From Rhodosorus marinus CCMP1338 (taxonomy: Eukaryota; Plantae; Rhodophyta), in contig JAMWBK010000011.1 of NCBI GenBank assembly GCA_029953675.1, positions 1 through 64,000 of the forward strand: DNA of 64,000 bases, in the 5' to 3' direction. Below the pieces are notes generated by a model that saw nothing but the letters and a program-made list of their open reading frames with translations, searched no databases and was not told where the DNA came from. The first letter of the stretch is position 1; each line of letters starts with the position of its first letter. This document shows positions 21,775 through 35,047 of this stretch, one piece after another. Position numbers and translations under genes: made by a program.

Positions 21775-22300
21775 ATAGATTTACTTGTTTCCTTTTACGT
21801 CTTGCGTTGCGCATCAGGCTATGTAAGTAAAACCACCACCACCACCACCACCACCACCACCACCACTAAAGGAGCCCGGACCCGCAGACACATGAGGATC
21901 TTGGACCTGTTCTATTGGGAACTCGGCCGGTTATTGAATAAATTTATTTATTCGGAGACTGAAGAAAAAACCCCGAGGGGAAAAACAAGACTAAGCGCGG
22001 CGAAGATCGCGCGCCTGCAACATCAAAGCAGTGTTCATACGCCACAACGAGAAACTTAAACGGGTAAACAACGACGGAAGACGGTCATAGCGTTCACCGA
22101 ACACTTCCCGAAGCCAACGAGAACCAACGGAACCCAGAAACCCAAAGCATTCAATGACCAGAGTACGAGGCGATTGTTGAGGCAAGCGTTGACAAGATTT
22201 ATCGCGCGAAGCGACTGTGACGCCTTGACAACACTCTACCTGTTTGCTCAGGTTTGCAAACAGTGAAGAAAGACCACGGCGGCCTCCAAACATACAACAC
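21775..22300. mobile_element. Type A tail (+), (ACC)11 microsatellite, and type B-like fragments on both strands
   Basis: CAGGCTATGTAAGTAAAACC(ACC)n followed by KGARTRRHMRILDLFYWEL; minus-strand ...LMLQARDLRRA* at 21991. Confidence 0.8.
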
Positions 22301-22445
22301 GGACGTTGATGGCGCAGTTCATCATTAGTGCTCTTGGACAGACCGAGGACAGGTCAGATTGAGAAAGAAAGATTTCTGTTAACAAACTAATGGTCAATGT
22401 ACGGTTATTCTTTAGCATCCGTTGGCTTCGCAGAGTGTTCTGGGG

Positions 22446-23150
22446 TTACGTAACCGCCCCGGCCGGATCTGGAGCGGTATTCGGCCAACTCGGGCCCAGC
22501 CGGCGTTTAGCCGACGACGGGGAGAGGGAAAGCACGAATGAGGGCAGTGAGAGGTGCAGAGCAGCCCAAAACACCCTCCCCCCCAACCCGAACGGTCGGA
22601 GGTCTGACGGAGGCACGCACGTTCGAAGGGAGTTCGCCAGGTACGCGGTCAGCATGGACAGGCGCTTCTCCTCCCAAGCAACAATAAGAAGCCTGGTCAG
22701 TTTCGAGACGATGCATGTTATGACGCTTCGTTGCAGTTGGCGATAGTGGCACGTTGCTGAATGCACCCACGCGCATCCAGCGTTCCACGAGCGGAGAGGT
22801 GGCAACGCCATCCACCAGAAATGCTGGTGAAACTCTAGCCATCACAAAAGAGTTTGGCGAGGAAAATTCGCACTGCAAAAACCCCTCTAAAAGGTAAGTC
22901 ACCTAACCAGAGCCCCGGAAAAGCACCAGCCGCAACCCAAGGGAAGGAGAGAAAGCCCTGCAGACCAACCTCACGACCTAAAAAACCCAAACTCATTAGA
23001 AACCCAGGGGAAAACCGACGGAAGACACGCCTGCCACAGAAAAAACACTATGACTGCCAAAAAAAGTCCGAACCAAACACCATGCACCCTCAAGAACCCA
23101 AATCTGTCGCTGAGTTTATGCGCCTCGAATTCGAGCTTCGGTCATCGCCT
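22446..23150 (-). mobile_element. 5' part and internally deleted ORF1 of a further CRE-like lineage
   Basis: FVMARVSP matches VMVGVSP; CHYRQLQR...LTAYL resembles the IHWLRIQR block of ORF1; GT-rich leader. Confidence 0.55.
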
Positions 23151-23289
23151 GATGCCCCTGTTTAGGGATCGGCCGGCATCCGCGGATCTTGAACGTGGGA
23201 AGCCCTTGCCTGTCGCAAACTACTAAAATGATGAATGTCGGAAGTTGACCTCGTTGTCACCTGACGATAGCCACCGTACGACGTACGTT

Positions 23290-24720
23290 GATCTGGGCTT
23301 TACTTAGACTTTACTAGCATAGCCTAACGCGCTACGCAAACCGTGAAAAGTAACTAAGAACTAGGTAGGGAAGCGTGCAAACCCAGGCGCCGATGGCGCG
23401 CCTCGGCAAGCATGCTGCTCGAATATCGCCACAGAGAGACACTTAAACGCCGCAAAAGTTCCAAATATTCAACGGGATGCTCAATGAAACATTTCCGCAA
23501 CCACTCAAAACCCGACTTCTCCACGTGACCAAAGCTTTCCACGATGAAATCTTTACTAGCATAGCGCTACGCAAGGCGTGAAAAGGAACTAAGAACTAGG
23601 GAGGGAAGCGTGCAGACCCAGGCGCCGATGGCGCCCCTCGGCAAGCATGCTGCTAGAACATCGCCACAGGGCGGCACTCAAACGCCGTGAAAGCGATAAG
23701 TACTCAATAGGATGCTCAACGAAACATTTCCGCAACCACTCTAAACCCGACTTATCCACATGACCAAAGCCTTCCACGATGAAAGGCTGGAACCGGTGGG
23801 AGCGACCCTCGGCGTAGGGCAGACTGGCCATGCTCTCAGCATACCGTCGTTCCTTCACTCGTCGAAGAGCCGAAGCGGCTGCCCCTCGGCGGCGGGCGGC
23901 AGCCGTGATGTGGGGCTCGCCACAGGGCATGTAATTGCGAGGTCAACATATGCTGAGCGTCGGGCGGCAGGGTCTGATACAAGAAGATCTGCGATACAGC
24001 GGCGCGGCGCCGTGTCCGAGACCGTGGTTTTACTAACATAGCCTGATGCGCTGCGCAAAACGTAGAAGGAAACTGAGGACTAGGAAGAAGAGCATGCAAA
24101 CCCAGGCGACGGTGGCGCGCCTCGGCGAGCATGTTGCACCCAGAAGGTAGAATGCCCCGGCAACAAAACCACAAAACCCGAAAAAGCGGGGGAAAGGGCT
24201 ACCAGAGGAGCCCTTCCTACGAAGAGCACTCTCAAACCCGGTGTATACATGCCCTGTGTCCAGTGCCTATCTTCCCTCTGGCGCTCTTCGCCGGGGGGCA
24301 GTAGCTTCTGTACTTCGCCGACCGAAGGAACGACGGTATGCTGAGAGCATGGCCAGTCTCCCCTGTTCAGAGGGCTGTTCTCACAGGTTCCAGCCTTTCA
24401 TTGTGAAAAGCTTTGGGCAAGTGCCTATCTTCCCTCTGGCCCCTTCGCCGGGGGCCAGTAGCTTCCGTCCTTCGCCGACTGAAGGAACGACGGTATGCTG
24501 AGAGCACGGCCTGTCTCCCCTGTTCAGAGGGCCATTCTCACAGGTTCCAGCCTTTCACTGTGGAGTGGCTGTGGAAATGCTTTACAGACCATCCTGCTGA
24601 ATATCATTCTAGCAGCAGGCTCCGGAGGCGTACTATCGCCGCTGGGTTTGCACGCTTTTCTACCTAGTTCGTAGTTCCTAATTCACTTTCACGCCCTGCG
24701 TAGCACTTCAGGTTGTACTA
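23290..24720. mobile_element. Nested cluster of at least five type A 3' fragments (minus 23290-24125, plus 24240-24720)
   Basis: Repeated RHRRLGLHASLPSS* ends and tails at about 23310, 23550 and 24030; plus copy has an internal repeat (GTGCCTATCTTCCCTCTGGC twice). Confidence 0.88.
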
Positions 24721-27700
24721 GTAATCGAATTTATTCATATAAATTATTCTTCTGTAGTTTTTATCCAGTCTATGAAAGTATTTTTCTCTTCCACCGAGAA
24801 TAGGGAAAGGCAAAATAGTTCCCATCCAAACTTAAACTACCTGCGCGGTAGGTGGATGCCTAGTGTCCCCTCGATATTTGAGATGGCTCCCAATAGTATC
24901 GATAAAGGTTTTCTTTTTTTTTTTACAACAGACTCTTGTACGGGTTGTGCTCGATCCATAACCAGCTGAACCTCGAATGCTTCTTTTTCTTCTCCTTCTC
25001 ACTCCACAGCTTCTCCCTCGAGGACCCGCCGAACATCGAGCTCACACTGCGTCTGTCGAAAAGGTGGAACCCGCGATCCCCGATAGAATCAGATTTGTCC
25101 TCAGAATTCATCTCAGAATTCATCTCAGAATTCATCTTACTGTCAGTCATCCTTACAATATCCTGTTCTTGCTTGCTCGCCTGTCTTTCTTGTCCTATAG
25201 CTTTGTAGAGTAGTTGCTTTCCACCGGCCTAAGTCTTCGATCCGCTTCATGTATATATAGATTTTGTTCGATGCCCCGGAAGTCAGCAATGAGGCGCTGG
25301 CCATATGCGAACTCACTGAAGAAGTGAGTATCTGCTTCATGTAAAGATTCCAAGCGTCCAGGTATGCTATTATCGCGCTCTGCCCTAACTATATCCGGAG
25401 AGTTCACCAAGTCTGACCTGTCTTCACTTCGGACAGAGCCATGCAGCTTTAAATAGGAGAACAACAATATACGACAGCTGGGGATTCGAGCGGGGTTGTG
25501 AAGACGTGAGCAAAGATTTCCTGCTCTTAATGATATCAATCAAAGGTATCGGAGGTTTGCAGGAGGAGTTGGATTGGATTTCGGAAATGGATCAAAGGAG
25601 GGACCCAAAAAGGGGGTAATGAAGACCGGTCCGGGGGCCCGGAGGGTTTCAGAGGGTGGCGTGAAATGTTTGATTGGATTCGGCCCTCGCTTGCACCCTT
25701 CTGGGTCCCTCCAAATACGGGAAGCAGCAATGCGTCCTCAGGATTCACAAACGAACGTACGCTTCTGCCCAGCGTGCTGAAAAACTCCACCCGCTTGCTT
25801 AAAATAAAGCATTCACCCTTCTCCGAAAGCGTCGGCAGAATGTACAGCTTCACAAAAAAAACGCTTCGCCCTGTTTAAGAATAGTTTCATGCCTCTCATT
25901 TGAACGACTCGAATTACGAAAGTACACCGTACTCAACGCTCCGCATTCATTATTGAACAGCCACATCATCACAGCACTATGCCAGGTGTGGTCAATCTAA
26001 AAATAGTACTCAACATCCTTACTTGCCCATGCATTGGGGACCACTTAGCTAATTCTTGCAGGCGACTAGAACTGTTGAGGAAGGGAGAGCGCTTCATTTT
26101 GAACAGTCCGTAACTCAAATCATGCTAAAAAAATGAAAGTCAACGCACCAAATAGGTGGTAGGGAGCGAGATAATGGCCGGTGGTGGCCCTGAGGTTAAA
26201 ACTTTCCTAGCCAATTCGGGAGTTGAATGCTGCCAAAACTCCCAGAGAGGCTGCCTGAAACTGCCAAAGTCCAGAAATATCAATTCTCAAGCCTTGGGAA
26301 ACCACATTCGTCGCTCAAACCTATTGATTCGTTGCTAGCAAACTAGGAAACCCATTATTGTGACCCTTCCGCGGTCACTTGCGGTTCATCTGTGCCGCCC
26401 ACTGGGCGAAGTCGCTCCTGACATCAGCCAATCAAAATTGTACTACCCAGAAGGCAATACCGACGAATTTCTTAAGCAACGAAACAATAGTACACTATGG
26501 TACTAGAACTTACTAAGAAATTCAATCGCATAGACTGATTTCTGGATGAATCAGTCTGGGCTTGTGTCGCATTCTATCGCTTCCTCAAATAGAAACACCA
26601 AGTATTATTGTTTCGGGAAGGACCTGCCCGAACTTACGCCGGCAACAGGCTGCAGCGTAAACTTGGACAGAGCCGTTGTGGTAGGAGATCCACAATCACA
26701 AAAACCCGCTATGATCATGTGCACGAGTTAGGCAGAGACACAGCTTTTGATGCCACAGAAGCCCTTCCCATAGGAAAACCAACACTTCGAATCACCAACG
26801 AGAACAATGCGACGAACATTCGCTTGGTGGAATTATTTTGTATGTCGGATGAGACTATCAACTTATTTTTAGAAGATACCTGCATATCATTTCGGCCTGG
26901 AATGACAAACCTTGCAACAGGTCATTGATTGGCGGAGCCATTCGGGCTTTGTGGCCAGATGTTTCTCCTCGATGGACTCTATATCTCCCGCCGAATGTCT
27001 CGACACAACGAGTCGAGGTCTGGTACTCATGCGCCTCGACGAGCAACGTTCTGCAATTAGACCTTAGGCTAGATCTTCCCGTGAACTCTAGCGGAGGTGT
27101 TGCCTTCCTGGGATGTGTGACTGGAGCTACCCTCGTTTCTCAATAGCGTGACAAAGTTTGGCCCCGACAATAATGGACGATCGCCCTGACAACGGTGTAT
27201 AAAAAGCACGCAGTGGCCCCCTTGGCTATCCAAAGCATCTCCCAGCCAGTTCCTTGACCATGAGCCGAAGTCCAAACTCAAAAATCCAAAAACTCATCAA
27301 TAGTTCAGTGACCCAAACTTCCTATATTCTCGAATATTTGATATGGCTCTCACCGATTCATTTCATGCCAAAAATATATTTCTAACAATGGAATAATGCT
27401 TGTGGCTCAAGATAACACTTTTGGCCCCAATCCGATGTCTGTTTTTTTTCGAATGTTTTAATCAGAATACTGATACCTTCTTCTTTCATACGCAAGACTT
27501 GCTTCTATCTTTAGAATCACTGAGAAGGCTGGGCCAGAGATATTGGGTTTTGAATTTTCTTCGTACGCAATTGGACAATCAACCTACTTTTAGAAGTATT
27601 GTCTGTCGTTTCTTCGAATCCCAGAGATACAGTTTTATTTTGATTCGATAACACGATTTTCTGATAGCGGGCAAACCAGAGCGTTTCGGGTTGATTTTCA

Positions 27701-29875
27701 TTTCCGCGTAAATTGCCGTTTTAAAAGGTTTTTCGGATGGAGGCTAAGAGTTGAGATAGTAATGGCCTCGACAAAACGCTTTAGCCCGCTTCTCTTTCCG
27801 ATGGAAAAGTTATGGATAATATATTACATTATTCAATTTATGACATCCAGTATCGTGATGAAACTAGACGATGAAAACCACGTTGGCGAGGGTACACGAG
27901 GCCATCGCCGAGGGAGCTCTGAGCCCCTGGTTGGTGGAAGGCTCCCGGGAGTTGAGCGGGTGTCGTTCTCGTAGCTTTATCAAACAGTTATCTTCAATGA
28001 GATCTCACTGCTCTGTTGGAAACTTGCTGTGTGGACAAATTGCTCTTGGCCCCGGAAGCCATGTATGGCAGCGACCTCCTCACTACTCAAGACCTACTCT
28101 CATTCATTCACTCAAGAACCAACAGACATTACTTCAGTCGAGTATCGGGACGTTCTGTGAGTTCTGGACCCAATGATGTGGATCGACTTGTCGCGAATAT
28201 AAGATTGGGGAGAGTATGGCGACCAATTTATCTAGTCTACGGTGTTCCGTAGCGCAGGACTGGCAAGGGGTTCGTTTAGGGCAAAACAACCTTCTCGTGG
28301 GAAGATCCTGGTGTGGTGAAAGCGCTCTCAAACTGTTTGCGTAGGAACCTTCCCCTGAGTCAAACATCGGAAAACCAATCACTTGGAATCGCCGACGAGA
28401 ACATCGCAACGAAAATTTTCATGGTGGAATTCCGCGCGGCTGCACGCACCCACGTCACGTCGCGTGAAGGGATTTACACGCCTCGGCGACCTGATAAGCC
28501 CGATCCAACCTATTTCGAACTGTACATTCGAAAACTTCCACCACAGACAATGCAGAGAAGAAACATCAACACAGCCACGCAACAGTGCGTGTATTTTTTC
28601 TTGGCCGCTGCCAAAAACACCAACCAAAACTAATCGTAAAAGGAACAAACGAGCAGGTGAAAGGGCATATCCCAGGCATAGATTTCTCAGCATAGGAACA
28701 AACACCAAATCACTTCAAAAGGCGGCAACGCATCCAATCACCTCTTGACTTTGATCAAAAAAAGTATCCCCAAACAAAACCAATAAATCGTACTACAATT
28801 TTCATATGGCTAAAAAACGAATATCTGGTTTCAAAGTTCTTGGGTGAAAACAAGTGTATGGCTATTCCCGTGTGTTAAAGGCTTGAACCCCTGGGTTAGC
28901 AAGTAAAGCCGGGGAATCTTTCGGATGGTAAAATAATTTACCAGAGGTTACGAATTTCGATTGCTGATCCCCCCCTAGGTCTAAACCGTGAAATGAGAGT
29001 TCAGTACGTAATTGAAGAATAGGCAAGATCAACCAACTATTTGGTTTTTGTTTGTGTTAGAAACTAGCTTGGTATTGTTTTGGATCTAAAAGAGTTGGAC
29101 ATTTCTATTTCTGAGACTTGACAATTGAGCCTATTCAATATTAAGTGGTTGTTTTCTAACATAACATGAGCCTTACTCATTCAGCTGCTATGACTGTTTG
29201 GCGGGAGCGATGGAAGCAAACAGCGCATCCGACTCGTACGACGCTGGAAGCGTATGATATTACTGGATAATCGATTTGAAAGTAGCTAATTCGCACCATG
29301 GAGACACTCATTTCGACGATGAAATCTGTAACCGAAGTGGACGAATCTCTCCCTAACCGGCTGAGAGAGCGTGACTTCAACGGAAACGAGGGGTATGTGA
29401 ATGACGATCATAGAGGGATAATTTTTGACTGGGACCCACTGCCGGACTACTGTTTTCAGTGGGGCTTCTCAAGATACGTCGGATTTTGTAGCCCGAGTTT
29501 GATCCAAATCGTGTTGTTGGAATAACAATCTGATTCACCGTAGGGAGGGCTCGATTTCATCTCGCTGGGTAGCATTGACCTGTGTTTTGAAAACAAGCAT
29601 GTGAAGCGTGGCGCACTGTGGGTGACGGTCGTAGTTTTTGATAGGGTTTCCAGCACGTATGGAAGCCCTGAGGGGACTCTTTGACGAGACCTTGTGTGGG
29701 CCTACTCGCGGGGCCCTCCTCTCAATTGGGTTGAAGGGAACATGGATGCGGAAGAGTACTTAAACGAGGCTGTGATGCTTGTGGCGGTGGTTTGAATGCT
29801 GCAAAGGTTGGAAGAGGTGGGCCTCATTGGTTGGATCTGGTCGTGCTGGTGCCGCATTGGTTTGAGAAAGCCGGG

Positions 29876-30790
29876 ATGATGATCAAATGGGTGGCTGTTG
29901 GCGTAGTGCTGCTGGCATTGTTGGCAGCGACTGCAGATGCTCAAGTGAACTGCACGGATGATGCAGACTGCAAGGGAATTTGCTACGAAGACAAGGATTG
30001 CAAAAAAAGCAGAACTAGTGTTAGGAAATGCAAAGATTCTGAGACAGCGAGCGAGTGTGACCAGTGCTGCGATCCAAAGTGCGAGAAACCGATCACTTGG
30101 AACAAGTGCATTGGCCCTCAGTGCCGGCCTCAATGCTTCAGACCAAGAACCGCCGTTCTAGAAACTGGCATAACCTGCTACAAAGCCGGGCCCGTGATGG
30201 TCTGTGTTCTTTGCGAATGTCCCCGGTGCTGGAACCGCATAGTTCCGAAGAAGATCGCTCTGGAGCTCAGGGAACAGCTCATAAATACCGACTGCTGCGA
30301 TGACATTAAGGAACTTAAGCTGATCTTCAAGTGTGGAGGGAAGAATGAGGAAAAATACCCATGCCGCTATAAGTATGAGGGCGTAAGCTACTGCATCAAC
30401 AAGTGGTTCGACTTGAAGTTAAGGATCTACACCCTCTACCAATGCAAGCATAAGGAGGATATCGATTGCACAAGGAGCAGGATAGCCACTTCGGAGAACT
30501 GCCGCCAGTGCGACCAGGACAACCACAAGTCTATATACAGCGTGGCAAGGAGCTTCAGGACCACTTTCATGTGCATGACTGGAGATAAAGCAAGCTGCAG
30601 GCCCTTCAAGCAGTTCAGGGTGCGCCTCCAAAACCAAGATTGCAGGCCGTGCAAAGTTGCCCCGTGGACTAGCTCAGGTGGTTGCAACAGGTGCATTGGT
30701 CCGAACGGATTCTATGAAACTCGTCCACCCGCGTGCATTGGCAACGGCTTTTCTGGCCACGCATGTCTCGGACTTGTGGCGCCTACTTAG
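29876..30790 (+). CDS. Secreted Cys-rich protein, paralog 1 (about 304 aa)
   Basis: Signal peptide MMIKWVAVGVVLLALLAATADA; Cys spacing conserved with 32611-33513. Confidence 0.88.
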   Translation: MMIKWVAVGVVLLALLAATADAQVNCTDDADCKGICYEDKDCKKSRTSVRKCKDSETASECDQCCDPKCEKPITWNKCIGPQCRPQCFRPRTAVLETGITCYKAGPVMVCVLCECPRCWNRIVPKKIALELREQLINTDCCDDIKELKLIFKCGGKNEEKYPCRYKYEGVSYCINKWFDLKLRIYTLYQCKHKEDIDCTRSRIATSENCRQCDQDNHKSIYSVARSFRTTFMCMTGDKASCRPFKQFRVRLQNQDCRPCKVAPWTSSGGCNRCIGPNGFYETRPPACIGNGFSGHACLGLVAPT

Positions 30791-32610
30791 CTGCACCTGA
30801 ACAGTCGTATTTGACGCCATGGGTTTTACTGCCATACGTGGATCGATGGAGTGTACACGCACTATCAGATAGAGTCTATATTCGTCTTTCCAGTGTACTG
30901 CCATATCAGCAGTAGGCATTCTACACGGGTCCTGCTGATCAAGTTCGTAGAACTCTGTGAGCAGTACTATCGAACATATTCATTCATCGAATAAAAATCA
31001 ATGGGTCAATTTACTGCGCTCCAAGTACTTTGACATAAAAAACAATTGATTCAGAAGTTATGATCGAGGGAAATGAATCCGAAACCCTTTTGGCCATCAG
31101 ATGAACACCAAATATCTGCATTTTGATCGTCAATAGGTATATGACATATTGGTAAATTATTTTACCAAACCATTCTTGTTTCTCAAATTTTCATATTGAG
31201 ACACGTGTCTGTGAAAAGGGAAAGTTGAATCGTTTCAAAGGATTGCTCTCGAAATGATCTCGGTAGACTCGATTTCTCTCAACATCCTCACCAGTTGGAA
31301 GAGATCAGAGGACCAAAGAAACGAATCACGAGCAGGGGCACAAGCAGCTCGAAACTTCCAGAAAGCGATACGTTTCGTAATCGAATGTACGCCAGGGAAA
31401 ACAGGACCACCGATCAGCAGAACACGGGTCTTACTTCGGTACGTGTAGCCAGCGGCCCAAAGGTTGACTTGCCGTTCGCAACCGAGGCAATTCTCCATTA
31501 GACAACGTCCTCAAGGAAAAGCAAGTCCGGGGTTACGTTAGTCTGCTGTAAAAAAAAGAACGACGTTCCGAGTCAATAATTAGATTATTGATTTTACTTT
31601 AGGCTCCTGTAGCTGAGATCGGTCCAAGACTTACCAAAAACAAATATGCCGGTGAGCGCAACGGGCGAAATTCCGTAAGCCAAATCTCCCCCCCCTCAGG
31701 AAACGATTAATCTGTGCAAAGACTCAAATCGTACTTAAAATAACCTAAACTCAACGTTTCAAATTCGATTAGCTTATCAGGAAACATTTGGCTGACAATG
31801 GCTAGCCACTAACTGGCGAAATCTTAGCAAGAACATCTTCTAGAATTATAGTATGGCAAGAGCTCTAAAAGTGGAGGAGAACGGTGTCTTCTATTTTCGC
31901 TGATTTGCGTTGATGTGCTACTGCCTCTTACGACGTAGGTTGCGCTCCGCCAATCTAAATGTTACATTTTTGAGTGGGTCCTGTTGAGGTTCTGTTTTCA
32001 AACAAAATTTCCACTAGGGCTGCACTTGTGGAGCTAGTCAAAATGGTTGGATAGCCCAGTGCCTCTCAAGCTCTTTTCACCTAGCTGGTGGTTGCGGATG
32101 ACAGTAGCCCAAACTCATGATTCGGATCAGCGAACGGAATCCAATCTGGGGAAGTGAAGCGAGGATGCATTTTCCAAACAAACCGACGGCGCCTGTGGAT
32201 TAGGTTTTGAAGTGGTTGGAGGGGGATGCTAAGCACTTTTTGTCTATAGCCAGGCGCCCGATCTTGAGGCTTCCCTAAGAACTACTCGAAAAGCATCCAA
32301 AAACGCGGGAATTCTTCTAGTTGATAGGGGAGCGCTACTGAAATAGAGAAGCTTAGCACCTGAGGCAAGCGGGCTATCAGGTGAAATCTCGTCACTTCGC
32401 TCAACGGAATTTGGTTGAATCACCTGGCCGATCCGATATCCGAGATTGAAGTTCGGCCACTGCATGTTTTTCCGAGTCGAAGGGGCTTCGCGAAAGCGTA
32501 CTTAAGCGAGTGAATGCTCGGATTAGTTGCTGGTTGTAAGGAGGTACGCTGGTAAGGAGAATTGGCTGATCTGATCTACTGGGAAAGCGTACACCGGACG
32601 GCAAGAAAAT

Positions 32611-33513
32611 ATGAACAAGTTCGTCTGGACGGGGTTGGTCCTTGTGGCCTTGTGGGCTGTGGCAGCTGATGCTCAGACTGTCTGCAAGGATGATGAGGAC
32701 TGCAAGGGCATTTGCATCGAGGATAAGGACTGCAGAGGGTCATTCACTAATACTAGAATCTGCACCCCATCTGAGGAAAAACGAGAGTGCGATCAATGCT
32801 GCGATGAGAAGTGTGAGGAACCGATCACGTACAACAAGTGCGTCGGACCCCACTGCCAGCCTCAATGCTTCAAGCCGAAGTCTGTGCTCCTCGAAACGGC
32901 CTTGACCTGTTATAAGGCTGGAGATCTGTTGGTGTGTGTCTTCTGTGAATGCCCCGAATGCTGGGATGGGAAAGTTCCTGAAGACCTTGTCGAGAAGGCG
33001 AGAAGGAAGATCTTGAACCTGGACTGTGGCGTCGAGGACGTTAAATTTGTCTTCAAATGTGGCAACAAGAACGAAGAGTTTTACCCCTGCAGCTATTACT
33101 ACGGAGGCAACTACCTCTGCCTGGAGAAGTGGTTCGATCTGAGGGTCAAGTTGTACACTACCTACACTTGCAAGCACCGGGAAGATATCGGTTGCAAGAG
33201 GACCAAGTCCGTCTACAAGGAGGACAACTGCCGCAGATGCGACCAGGAGAACAACAAGTCTGAATACTCGGATGTGTCCAGTACCAAGACAACCTACATG
33301 TGCATGACAGGAGACAGGGCGAGGTGCCGACCTCAAAAATCGTTCAGGATCGCATTTCCGGTACAGAGGTGCAGGTCATGCACCCTCGGCCCATTCGGCA
33401 GTGACAACAGGTGTGAGTACTGCTACGGTCCAAACGGTCGATACGAGACTAAACCGCCAAGGTGTGTCGTCAAGGGGCTTTCTAAGGAGCAGTGTCGTAT
33501 TCTTGCCCCGTAA
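32611..33513 (+). CDS. Secreted Cys-rich protein, paralog 2 (300 aa, 33 Cys)
   Basis: Signal peptide MNKFVWTGLVLVALWAVAADA; collinear with paralog 1 throughout. Confidence 0.9.
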   Translation: MNKFVWTGLVLVALWAVAADAQTVCKDDEDCKGICIEDKDCRGSFTNTRICTPSEEKRECDQCCDEKCEEPITYNKCVGPHCQPQCFKPKSVLLETALTCYKAGDLLVCVFCECPECWDGKVPEDLVEKARRKILNLDCGVEDVKFVFKCGNKNEEFYPCSYYYGGNYLCLEKWFDLRVKLYTTYTCKHREDIGCKRTKSVYKEDNCRRCDQENNKSEYSDVSSTKTTYMCMTGDRARCRPQKSFRIAFPVQRCRSCTLGPFGSDNRCEYCYGPNGRYETKPPRCVVKGLSKEQCRILAP

Positions 33514-34676
33514 GGGATCGATCGGTAGAATCTATACCCAACCCAAACTTGCTTTGAAAACAAATAAACAAGCAAGAATCCATCTCCACAAATCCCGCTG
33601 TTGAATCCCAAAGCCCGAGCTGGGGAAACCCAATCGGTGCGGAACCAGTCTTAGCTCAACCCCGATCACCACTGATCTGATCACCTACGCATCAGAGTCA
33701 GCGCTTTACTGAGTTGCAACCTCCCAATTGGAGATGCCCCGGACAGAGCTTTGAGAATCATTGCTTGGTCCACAAAGCGCGTATGGGAAGCGTACGAAAC
33801 CGCCTCCACAGAAGCCTAGTGATCGTGTATGATCGATCAGAGACGAAAGCTCAATAATCCAGGCAATATTTTCGTCAAACTGTCTACTTGTGATTTGGAA
33901 CTCTTTTGATCACGGATTATCGAAGGAACGAACGATTATCAAGGAGACGCATAGGGCTGACATATATAAGAGTTAAATACTGAAAGAAAAAACGTGGTAC
34001 GCATAATCTGGTCTACTTTTAGGCCATGTGCATTTTGTTCGGCTTTCGCTATTTCAATCAGAAGAACCTCGAATAGAAACAAGTGGACATCGCAAGCATG
34101 TCCGCGAGTTGCTGGCACTGAGTCCGGAGGGTCAGATCAGCATAGTTTCGCCAAATATTTTGGTTCGCTCAAAAACACACACGGAAAAACAGTTTGCTCC
34201 GCTCTCGGATCAACGCATCTTCGCATCTTGGTCTACTATATATGTTGTTGAGGAGGTCGCACACAAATTACAAGCAGTTACCTTGAGTCGACTTCCTCGT
34301 GTACCACGTCAACGAAAAGCGTACAGTAGTCAATCCATCCCGAGGGTGAAGGTATCCGTATTTGGAGCCGAGCGGACTTGCAACACTGAGGTCTCGAAGC
34401 TCTGATTAGCTTCCAAGCGCTTCTGCTCCAAATGTGAAAGCGGTGATGCAGGGCGTTTTTGTATCTGTCGTTCCTTCCTTCCAATCATCAAGCGCGTTCA
34501 GTGTTCTCTGCTATTGGTAGAGAGCTCTCGATCATGGCCACACTTTAGCTCTTTAAATAAACCTCCCATCATATTCCACCCCTTTCAGTTGGATGGTATC
34601 CAGATCATCCTCTCAAGTAGCCCTAGAATGTAACTCCTAGTGATCTTCGGTCCCCCGCACCTCCCCTGAGGGAACC

Positions 34677-34700
34677 TTAAACCATTCATTCATTCATTCC
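34677..34700 (+). mobile_element. 24-nt ultra-truncated type B insertion with 9-bp TSD
   Basis: TTAAACCATTCATTCATTCATTCC between GAGGGAACC at 34668-34676 and 34701-34709. Confidence 0.75.
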
Positions 34701-35047
34701 GAGGGAACCCATGCCTTAAACAAAATTCAGAAAAAATTCAACCCCTCAAAAACATAAAGACTATATTTTTGAAATAATAAACTTGTCATGATCCAAATAA
34801 TATACTAAATAAATATGAATAAATCGTAGCCCAACCAGTTTAAAATATGTGTAACACCCAAAAAATTGGTTTCTTATTTCAGATCAATATATCTTTTATA
34901 TGTACAAATAAATATAATACACGAAAGCTATACAATTCAATAGACAGGTGACCGAACAACATAAATATGTACAATGATCGAATCATTGATTTCAAAGTCG
35001 AAAATAAAAATATCAACCAAGTGTACGTTGACAAACTACTTTCCAAA

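Noticed and set aside
25195-28750. Several 70-120-aa ORFs that may be fragments of decayed genes
   Set aside because: No recognisable motif or internal homolog; cannot be supported as genes.
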